From Nannocystis bainbridge (GTDB lineage: Bacteria; Myxococcota_A; Polyangia; Nannocystales; Nannocystaceae): DNA of 64,000 nucleotides. Where the stretch lies: positions 2,240,001 to 2,304,000 of the forward strand of contig NZ_JAQNDL010000003.1 in assembly GCF_028368995.1 (NCBI RefSeq). The letters are read 5' to 3'. A model generated the notes under the pieces. The model saw only the letters and a program-made list of their open reading frames with translations, was not told where the DNA came from and searched no databases. Each line of letters begins with the position of its first letter. The first letter of the stretch is position 1. Below, piece after piece: positions 10,501 through 17,360 of this stretch. Position numbers and translations under genes: made by a program.

Positions 10501-10684
10501 CACCATCGAGATCGGCGTATACGAGCGTGCGCGGCCCAAAGGCGACAGCGAAACGAGAAACCTCCAAGCACAAGGACCCGTTCGAGATACCAGGACACGA
10601 CTCGGTGCGTGCGCAAGCAACAAGGATCGAAACCGAAAGTACGAGGGCACAGAGTTTAGGAGAGAGCCGGAGATGTTGCATCAT
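7568..10684 (-). CDS. FG-GAP/VCBS repeat lipoprotein (beta-propeller adhesin-like)
   Basis: Lipobox LVAC; many DxDGDGxxDL repeats; ATG at 10684. Confidence 0.88.
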   Translation of the reverse strand: MMQHLRLSPKLCALVLSVSILVACARTESCPGISNGSLCLEVSRFAVAFGPRTLVYADLDGDGAGDLIAANHEPGTFSVLWGSDTEMGAETTLLPVASQISGVVVADFNDDGYLDLATALPAEDKIGVHLGGGGRSFPKLQHHAVGAAPRSIVAANLDAAGPPELVTGNVGDGSISILRGLTDVTHVAVGPGPSGLATGDLDGDDDVDLVVALPEADALQLLLNDGHGRLSLGPRHLVEGAPQAVVVADFDVDGALDLASLSEFEEAVSVFHGDNKGNLRAQETWACIPQASDLVVVNSEGGPPALGVLSVATSTVQRLDPLNGETLAGATTSWASAIVSGAGGFLHYASAMNNRIGRLEPGTGLQLTTLWQGPAMTRGWAVDLDDDGIDELILSEKLAGPLKLWRGGPGLPVELDTGLAAVWSVDAGEVTGDASREIVVWDRRQVAVLQRDGVDLYSPGPPMTVGERITDVALGDGDGDGRLDLLVLAERETASQLYWFASDPNGALQLGGEVPLGFDAISLDAVAGAGDLRADLMISDGEGRVHYLQDVTAPPRELAFAEGHSIQAAAYADLEGDGDLDVVTCGPQGLRAFRNVLEQEPADFEILSDIACSGLHLDDLDADGFFDVVGRTDVAIQPVQVRSLLTPWLQGDQGWTALGSHSVGYASSFSFAQMDDDGISDLVIIQKERPTEARRVVLGPALVAANVVAIDTPRRFRVGDVDGDGAADLVGIGAKLSLALADGRGSFGPLHQPIVTGSLAEVPISDVVLVESSGEADEAIIVATDEAPGSQIYIVTFAEGVANAQHLASLPASGIQLYSHDLDDDGVVDLAALSTNPESEVHVFLGLAEGGVEPPRTTLLAAPAPVARPRFYDLDGDGQIDLVGASAAGVLWLRGRGRGVFEPVEVYSPVLADDLLPADLDADGLTELVLLRQQTLSVLRGAEESGPLLADVSNVAIADLDADGQPELLATTGPGRLSGPIVALLVGRHMASAMPQFSEYILPSRFVQAIHLADVDGDANFDIILTDDVGVTVMKQVP

Positions 10685-11039
10685 AGGCTTCCTCGACGCG
10701 AAGGATGCGAAAAGCCTACCACGCTTGAAATGGAGAAGACATGGCAGCGACAGGGGCTCTTGTACCGTGACGCAGCACACGCCTCGGCGTGGCAGCCCGA
10801 CGCTCTTGCTCAATCCTGACGAACTGCAGATCGCGCAGTCGCCGGCGGCGGGGTTCGCACGCAGTCGAGCGGTTGCGACGTTGCGGGCTCCGAATCAACT
10901 GTCAGGGAAAATCTGAGACCATGAACCCTTAACACTCAGTTCGCGCCGCTCATCTTAATGGCGCGATACCGTGGTGCCGCAACTTCACACATGCGAGCGC
11001 GATTCCGTGCTCGTGGTGGTAACCTCGATCGGCTCCGAC

Positions 11040-11903
11040 TCAGAACTGTCCGCTCAGCACCAGCCCGCCGAGGCTCGGCGCCACGCGCACCGAGCTCCAG
11101 CGCCCACCGCGACCGGCCCGCACGTCACGCGCACCCGTAGCCATCAACGTCGCCCCGAGCACCGCCCCGAACACCGCGGTCACCGCTCCGGCCGCCAGCA
11201 TCGACTCGCCGCGGGCGTGCTGGGCCCGCAGCGGCGCCAGCGCCTCGTCCGAGTAACCTGTCCCGCGGGACAGCTCGTTCGCCGAGAAGCGCTGCACATA
11301 CCAGCCGCTCACCGTCACCCCGAGCCCCACCACTCCGATGCCGAGGAACGCCGCACCCGCGAACATCTGCGCTCGCCCGCGACGCCACCGCGCCGGATCT
11401 CCGTCGCTGCCGACATCGAGCTCGCAGCGCGCCTCCGCGGCGCCCTCGACCTCCGCAGCCTCCTTCGCAGCCGCGCCCGTCGCAATCACATCACCACCAC
11501 GCGAAGCATCTCCCGCCGCGGCCGCACCCGACTCGCTCTCCCCCTCGCCTGTCACGCCACGCGAATCCTCCGCAGCCTCGCCCGCAGCGCGCGCCATCAC
11601 CACGCTCAGCACCGCCCCGGACCCGGTCACCTTCCCCACGCTCGCCCCCTCGGCGCGCGCATCCTCCATCGCTACCTCCGACATCACCGCCGCGGGCGCC
11701 GCCTCGTCCTCATTCCCCGCCCGTGCGGCCTCGACTCGTCGGACCTTCTTCCGCACCGCCTTCGGCTTCACCGCCACCGGCGCCGCCGCCTCGCTCGCCG
11801 CCACCTTCGCAGCCTTCGGAGCCCGCCACTCATGCGCTGGCAGCTCCACCGGGCTCTGCGCCAGCACGCTCACCAAACATGTCCCAAAGACCAGCATCAT
11901 CAT
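11040..11903 (-). CDS. Exported protein with hydrophobic hairpin and terminal aromatic beta-strand (..GGLVLSGQF)
   Basis: Signal peptide, Ala/Glu-rich linker, two Gly-rich hydrophobic segments, C-terminal Phe. Confidence 0.7.
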   Translation of the reverse strand: MMMLVFGTCLVSVLAQSPVELPAHEWRAPKAAKVAASEAAAPVAVKPKAVRKKVRRVEAARAGNEDEAAPAAVMSEVAMEDARAEGASVGKVTGSGAVLSVVMARAAGEAAEDSRGVTGEGESESGAAAAGDASRGGDVIATGAAAKEAAEVEGAAEARCELDVGSDGDPARWRRGRAQMFAGAAFLGIGVVGLGVTVSGWYVQRFSANELSRGTGYSDEALAPLRAQHARGESMLAAGAVTAVFGAVLGATLMATGARDVRAGRGGRWSSVRVAPSLGGLVLSGQF

Positions 11904-11922
11904 GTCCCCTCGACGCGGATTG

Positions 11923-13071
11923 CTAATTAAATTCCGCCCCCGAGAGGATCCACCGCAAGATCACCTGCGCCTCCGCGGCTGCGATCGGCGGCCCTCCGAA
12001 CGGCATCCGCCCGCCCACCGCCGGCGCCGTCAGCACCAGCTTGTGCATCAGGTAGCTGTTCGTCGGCGCGTTCGCATCCACCCGCGGCATGTTCACCTGC
12101 TCCGCCTCGTCCTCGACCAGCTCTTCCCACAGCTTGTCCGGGTCGCGATCGAAGCGCAGGTCGCCCGGCTCCACCCCGTCCACATGGCAGCCCGCCGTCG
12201 CGCAGCGCACGTCCGTGATCGCCAGCACCTGCGTGAACGTGGCCGCTGGTGGGTCGTGCTCGACCACCTCCACCATCACCGCCGCGCTCGTCACCCCGCC
12301 CGCGCTCGCCGTCAGCAGGGCCGTCCCTGGCGACACCCCGAGCAGCACTCCTTGCCCGTCGACGTACAGCTTCAGCTCCTCGCTGCTCTTCCACGTCAGC
12401 GCCGCCTCGATCGGATCGCCCTCCGGGTCCTTCACGATCGCGCTCACCGGCAGCGTCTCGCCGACCTGCACCTGCAGCGGCCCATCGACATCGAGCTCCA
12501 CCTCGCCGACGTCCCCGGCCTCCTGCCCTGGCGCGCACGCGAACACCTCCGCCTCCGGCGCCCCCGCGGCGATCCACGCCGTGATCGTCGCCACCTGTCC
12601 CTCGGACAAGCTGCCACCGATCGGCATCTGCTGCCCCACTGACGGCGCCGGCAGGATCTTCTCGAGCAGGAAGCTGCCCTCCGGATCGCCCGGCGCCACC
12701 CGCAGCACCCCTGGCGCCTGGCTGCTGTCGATCCCGACCAGCGCCGCGTACGCCTCGCCCGCCGCCAGCGACAGCCCTGCCGCCGGCTGACCGCCCGCGT
12801 GGCAGCTGCAGCTCGCCGTGAAGATCGGCTGGACCGCCCCCGGGAAATCACAATCGCCCGGCACCCCGCCGGACGGATCGCCGGGCCCCGTCGTCGGCGC
12901 CCCGCCGGTCGTCGGCACCTCGCCCGACGTCGCGTCCGCCGTCGTGCCGCCCGTGTCCGTCGACCCGCCGTCGGTCTCGGCCCCCGGCAGCGACACCAGG
13001 TTGCAAGCAGAGGAGAGCGCGCCACTCACCAGCAACGCGGAACACGATCGGACCAGACGACGAAGAGTCAT
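11923..13071 (-). CDS. Lipoprotein with two cytochrome-c-like domains flanking an Ig-like domain
   Basis: Lipobox SSAC; VQPIF..SCSCH...PGDPEGSFLL..I...QMP...I.AWIAAGA and RCATAGCH...SYL.HKL...RMP...ILRWILSGA; central Ig-like LTWKSS segment. Confidence 0.8.
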   Translation of the reverse strand: MTLRRLVRSCSALLVSGALSSACNLVSLPGAETDGGSTDTGGTTADATSGEVPTTGGAPTTGPGDPSGGVPGDCDFPGAVQPIFTASCSCHAGGQPAAGLSLAAGEAYAALVGIDSSQAPGVLRVAPGDPEGSFLLEKILPAPSVGQQMPIGGSLSEGQVATITAWIAAGAPEAEVFACAPGQEAGDVGEVELDVDGPLQVQVGETLPVSAIVKDPEGDPIEAALTWKSSEELKLYVDGQGVLLGVSPGTALLTASAGGVTSAAVMVEVVEHDPPAATFTQVLAITDVRCATAGCHVDGVEPGDLRFDRDPDKLWEELVEDEAEQVNMPRVDANAPTNSYLMHKLVLTAPAVGGRMPFGGPPIAAAEAQVILRWILSGAEFN

Positions 13072-13122
13072 TGCTCGCACCTCGAGTGCCCGTTCATCGG
13101 CGGGCGTTACAAATAAAATTTC

Positions 13123-13140
13123 ATTGAGAAGTTTCTCAAT
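13123..13140. promoter_or_regulatory. Palindromic operator ATTGAGAA-GT-TTCTCAAT
   Basis: Perfect 8-2-8 inverted repeat in an AT-rich patch about 50 bp upstream of the cytochrome-like gene. Confidence 0.55.
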
Positions 13141-13234
13141 CTCGCCCGCGCCTCCGCTCTCCTGCTCACCCACACGCCGCCTGTCTCCAGACCTCGACTT
13201 CGCGGCGCCGCCCCCGCCGATCCCATCCATTGCA

Positions 13235-13340
13235 TGTCTCTCGGGACAGGACGCTCGCCCCGCAGCGCCGCGGGCGCATGTCCCAAACAACATGCCCTCA
13301 AGGACAGCAACGACCTCACCGCAACCTGTCCCGAAGACCA
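13235..13340. repeat. Cluster of TGTC-N6-GACA-like units
   Basis: TGTCTCTCGGGACA 13235; TGTCCCAAACAACA|TGCCCTCAAGGACA 13279-13306; TGTCCCGAAGACCA 13327. Confidence 0.75.
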
Positions 13341-13477
13341 TCTCATCCATCACCACGGAGACGTCCGCCTCGCTCGCGCGGCCCCGCGCCTCTGCGCACC
13401 CGCGCCCTCGCCTCTGCCCGCGATCGCGCCCCACGGCCCCCGGTGCGGCGCCCGGAGCCTTTCGCTACTCTGGCGCC

Positions 13478-15331
13478 ATGACATCTCGCCTCTGTCGCCC
13501 CGCGGCCCTCCTCGCGCTCCTCGCTGCCTGCGGCGACGACGGCAATCGCGACACGGCTGCCACTGGCAATCAGCCGTCGACCGCCCCGACCTCGCTCACC
13601 GAGGCCACCACCGGCCCGACCACTGGCGACCTGCCCACCGGTACCACCCAGACCACCGACTCTGGCGCTGCCAGTGAGGCTTCGGCCACCGGCCCCGGCA
13701 CCACCGACGCTCCCGGTACTACCACCGACGCTCCCGGCACCACCACCGACGTCCCTGGCACCACCACCGGCGGCGACGACTGCCTCCCGCCCGACGCCCT
13801 CATCCTCCTCGATCGTACCCAATCGATGCACCGCACCCCCGACGGTCAGACCCCCGTCGACGCCCCCGCCTACGCCAGCAGCAAGTGGTCCCTGGCGATC
13901 GGCGCCATCGAGTCGCTCACCGCCGCGCCGCAGGACGACACCGTGCGCTTCGGCCTCGAGCTGTGGCCGCGCGATCCGGGCGGAGGCGCCTGCGTCACCC
14001 TCGCCGAGCGCATCGAACAGAACAAGACTGCCACCAATCCGCACTGCGAGGCCGGCGAGGTCGTCCTCCCGTCCGCGCTCGGCAACGGCGCCGCGATCGC
14101 CAGCACCCTCGACCCCACCACCACCCTGCTCTGCAACACCACCCCCACCGGCGCCGCCCTCATCACCGCCGGCGAGCACTTCGCCGCCAACAAGGAGCCC
14201 GGCCGCGAGCAGTACGCGATCCTCGTCACCGACGGCGCCGACTGGGACCTCAGCTGCCCCGACCCCTCGCCGCTGACCGCCGTGCAGGACCTCGCCGAGC
14301 AGGGCATCAAGACCTTCATCGTCGGCTTCAACGGCGAAGAGGCGCAGCTGGGCGCCACCGCCTACCTCAACGACCTCGCCTGCGCCGGCCGCACCGCCAA
14401 GGGCTTCCCGGGCCCGTGTGTGCCCACCGCCGACGGCTTCGTCGCCGTCGACGGCGCCAACATCCCGGTGTACCTGCAAGCCGACGACGCCGTCGACCTC
14501 GAGGCCGCCCTGCAGTCGGTCGCCGGCCAGCTCTGTTGCGGCTGCGAGAAGACCTGCGACGCCCCCGAGGTGCTGTTCGCCCTCGACCGCACGCTCAGCA
14601 TGCACCGCACCCCCGACGGCGAGACTCCGGTCGACGCCCCGGCCTACGCCAGCAGCAAGTGGTCGCAGGCGATCGGCGCCATCGAGCAAGTCGTCGGCGG
14701 CGGCCTCGACACCGACCTGCGCTTCGGCCTCGAGCTGTGGCCGCGCGATCCGGGCGGCGGCCAGTGCATCACCCTCGCCGAGCGGATCCTCGACACCAAG
14801 CAGGCCACCAACCCCGCCTGCCAGGACGCCGAGATCCTCGTCCCGCCCGCGCTCGCCAGCGGCGCCGCGATCGCCGACGCCGTCGACCCGCTGACCACCC
14901 TGATCTGCACCACCACCCCGACCGGCACCGCGCTCGAGACCGCCTCGACCTGGCTCGTCGACCACGCCGTGCCCGGCCGCCAGCAATACGTCGTCCTCGT
15001 CACCGACGGCGCTGACTGGGACCTGAGCTGCCCCGACCCGTCCCCGCTGCTCGTCACCCAGAAGCTCGCCGCCGCCGGCATCCGCACCTACGTGGTCGGC
15101 TTCTTCGGCGCCGAGGCCCAGGCCGGCGCGGTCCAGTTCCTCAACGACGTCGCCTGCGCCGGCCAGACCGCCAAGGACTTTGATATTAACTGCAAGCAGA
15201 TGGGCAGCGGCTACCAGGCCCAGGACCCGAACAGCCTGGTCCCGCTGTACCTGCAAGCCGGCAACGGCGAGCTGCCGCAGACGCTGACGACGGTCGCCGA
15301 CGAGATCCTGCAGTTCTGCATCCCCGGCTGA
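13478..15331 (+). CDS. Lipoprotein with Thr-rich linker and two tandem vWA domains
   Basis: Lipobox LAAC; MIDAS-like LDRTQSM / LDRTLSM, TPTG, LVTDG duplicated; HRTPDG.TPVDAPAYASSKWS occurs twice. Confidence 0.88.
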   Translation: MTSRLCRPAALLALLAACGDDGNRDTAATGNQPSTAPTSLTEATTGPTTGDLPTGTTQTTDSGAASEASATGPGTTDAPGTTTDAPGTTTDVPGTTTGGDDCLPPDALILLDRTQSMHRTPDGQTPVDAPAYASSKWSLAIGAIESLTAAPQDDTVRFGLELWPRDPGGGACVTLAERIEQNKTATNPHCEAGEVVLPSALGNGAAIASTLDPTTTLLCNTTPTGAALITAGEHFAANKEPGREQYAILVTDGADWDLSCPDPSPLTAVQDLAEQGIKTFIVGFNGEEAQLGATAYLNDLACAGRTAKGFPGPCVPTADGFVAVDGANIPVYLQADDAVDLEAALQSVAGQLCCGCEKTCDAPEVLFALDRTLSMHRTPDGETPVDAPAYASSKWSQAIGAIEQVVGGGLDTDLRFGLELWPRDPGGGQCITLAERILDTKQATNPACQDAEILVPPALASGAAIADAVDPLTTLICTTTPTGTALETASTWLVDHAVPGRQQYVVLVTDGADWDLSCPDPSPLLVTQKLAAAGIRTYVVGFFGAEAQAGAVQFLNDVACAGQTAKDFDINCKQMGSGYQAQDPNSLVPLYLQAGNGELPQTLTTVADEILQFCIPG

Positions 15332-15335
15332 ACAA

Positions 15336-15377
15336 TGTTTCAAAGGACATGTCCCCCTGGACATGTCCTTCAAATAT
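15336..15377. repeat. Phased 14-bp TGTC-N6-GACA array (3 units)
   Basis: TGTTTCAAAGGACA|TGTCCCCCTGGACA|TGTCCTTCAAATAT. Confidence 0.8.
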
Positions 15378-15434
15378 CGCCATCGAGCTCACCGGCTTGC
15401 GGCCGCCGAGCCGACCGGCCTATGCTCGGCCAGC

Positions 15435-15797
15435 ATGAACGTCTATCTCGCTGGACTCGGAGGCCTGCTGGCCTTCCTCCTCGTATGCCTGCTCTTGAAC
15501 GCCCGCCGCGTCGGCCTGTTCGGCTGGATATTCCTGGGGGCTCTCATGGTGACCTGCGCGATCACCAACCCCGACAAGGAGCGGCACACGGGCGCCGTCA
15601 AGGACGCGCTCGTCTCCCACGAGAAGACCGCCGCCGGTCGACTGATGCTCAACGCTTTCGCGGGCGGCATCGTCGGATCGTCGCTCGACTACAGTAACTT
15701 CGTCTTCTTCTCGATCACGGGCGCCAATGGCCAGGCCGTGAGCCTGGGCCTGCTCACCCAGGTCGTCGTGTTCCCGTTCAAGACCGAGGAGCGCTGA
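15435..15797 (+). CDS. Small membrane protein, DUF4359-like
   Basis: Two N-terminal TM segments, TNPDKERH, YSNFVFFS, LGLLTQV. Confidence 0.65.
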   Translation: MNVYLAGLGGLLAFLLVCLLLNARRVGLFGWIFLGALMVTCAITNPDKERHTGAVKDALVSHEKTAAGRLMLNAFAGGIVGSSLDYSNFVFFSITGANGQAVSLGLLTQVVVFPFKTEER

Positions 15798-16923
15798 AGC
15801 GCCGCCGCCGGCGCAGGCCGGCGAGCATCACCAGCGCGAGCAGCCCCGGCCCCCCGGCCACGCTGCAACCCTCGCCGCCGCCCGATTGCGCCGGCGCGCC
15901 GGTCTCCGTCGCTTCCGCCTCCGGCTCCTCGTCCGGCGGCGCCACCGGAGCCGGATAGACCTGTCCCTCGGGCCATGTCACGCATTGCTCGGCGTCCCAC
16001 CGGTCCCCGCCCTCGCACACGTACGCCGGGCCCGCACACGACCCGGCCAGCGCCGCGGCCGGGTCGACCTCGAGCGGACCGAGCGCCACGTCGTCGCCGA
16101 AGCAGCGCTCGTCGACGAAGACCTGCTCGCGCGCCAGGTCGATCGTCTCGAGCTGCAGGCAGGCCGGCGCCGACAGGCTCGCCTCGGTCCCGACCCACTG
16201 CAGCTCGCCGCTCGGCAGCAGCCGGCTGACGAAGTTGCTGCGCGCCGCAGCCGTCAGCAGCGCCTCGTCGTACGTGTATGCGACCGCGAGCCGCCCGTGC
16301 TCGCGCAGGTGCGTGCAGAACCCCGCCTCGTACTCCAGCCGCTCGCCGTCGAAGCCGGGGCAGTGGCCCTGGTTCTCCTGCAGCCGCGGATATGCGCCGT
16401 CGCAACAGACCAGATCTGCCGGCGCCTCGCGCTGCACGACCTGGTGCTCGCTCGTCACCACCAGCGGCGGCGCGGCCACCGGCGGCAGCGGCTCGGCTGC
16501 GACCTTCACCGTCGCCTCCCGCTCGTACGTCACGCACGCCCCCGGCTGCGCCCCGTACTCGGCGGTCGCCCACGCGGCAGTGTCGACGTGGGTGACCACC
16601 GTGTACGTCGCCCCCGCGAGCCACGGCTGCGCCGGCCGCCACACGAACACCGAGAATTCTTCGTGCACCTCGAAGCTGCCCGCGACCTCCTCGCCCATCG
16701 CGTCGAGCACCTTCAACGTGAAGAACTCGAGCGCTCGCTCGGCCCGCCGGTAGCCCGGGCTGAACGTCAGCACCCCGTCGACCGCCACCTCCAACCCCGT
16801 CGGCGCCAGGAACATCGGCAGCGGGTTCCAGCACTCGTCGCCGCAATGGGCCCGGGCCGTCCCCGCCGCCGACCCGCACAGCCCCGCCGGCAGCACCCAC
16901 CGCAACCAGACCAGGCCTCGCAT
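15778..16923 (-). CDS. MYXO-CTERM-sorted Cys-rich surface protein
   Basis: Signal ending ARA; C-terminus GGEGCSVAGGPGLLALVMLAGLRRRRR. Confidence 0.85.
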   Translation of the reverse strand: MRGLVWLRWVLPAGLCGSAAGTARAHCGDECWNPLPMFLAPTGLEVAVDGVLTFSPGYRRAERALEFFTLKVLDAMGEEVAGSFEVHEEFSVFVWRPAQPWLAGATYTVVTHVDTAAWATAEYGAQPGACVTYEREATVKVAAEPLPPVAAPPLVVTSEHQVVQREAPADLVCCDGAYPRLQENQGHCPGFDGERLEYEAGFCTHLREHGRLAVAYTYDEALLTAAARSNFVSRLLPSGELQWVGTEASLSAPACLQLETIDLAREQVFVDERCFGDDVALGPLEVDPAAALAGSCAGPAYVCEGGDRWDAEQCVTWPEGQVYPAPVAPPDEEPEAEATETGAPAQSGGGEGCSVAGGPGLLALVMLAGLRRRRRFSAPRS

Positions 16924-16995
16924 CCAACCATCCTAGCCCAGGTCGCCCGCGGCGAACAGCCGGACCGCCGTCGACTTGCACCAGCCTCCACGAGG

Positions 16996-17131
16996 TGTCT
17001 CGACAAACATGTCCTCTTAGACATGTCCAAGAGGACACACGAAAATCACCGCGACCGGCCGGCCGAACAGCCCCGACCACCCGGCAGAGCTCGACCTCTG
17101 CCATGTCCCTTCGGACATGCTTTTTAGAGCA
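16996..17131. repeat. Two phased TGTC-N6-GACA arrays
   Basis: TGTCTCGACAAACA|TGTCCTCTTAGACA|TGTCCAAGAGGACA (16996-17037); TGTCCCTTCGGACA|TGCTTTTTAGAGCA (17104-17131). Confidence 0.85.
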
Positions 17132-17360
17132 TGTCGCGCTCGCCTCGCCGGCCGGCCGCTCTGGCCGCCCTGTCGGCCGCCGCGGGCGCCGAACCGCGAT
17201 TTGCCGGGCGCCGCCGCCCTCGCAGGCGCGTCCGCTGCCCGCCTGGGCAGATCTCGCGCCTCGCGGCTTGAACTCGCGCGGCCGGCTTCTACCCTCGACT
17301 TGCGCTCGCGTGTCCGACGAGCCTCGGCGTCGCGGGCACGGCGGCCACGAGGATCCCCGG

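Larger units (their letters stand above)
5063..11027. mobile_element. Lower-GC accessory island with three lipoprotein genes, flanked by ~105-bp direct repeats; no integrase
   Basis: Visibly more A/T and atypical codons than flanks; bracketed by repeats 4958-5062 and 11028-11139. Confidence 0.7.

Noticed and set aside
5063-11027. Prophage, IS or integron
   Set aside because: No integrase, transposase, phage genes or repeated attC-like sites
15345-15368. p53 half-site (GGACATGTCC) or MrpC/CRP-type site
   Set aside because: The decamer is just the junction of two 14-bp units; CRP-family sites are 16 bp wide and do not fit the 14-bp period
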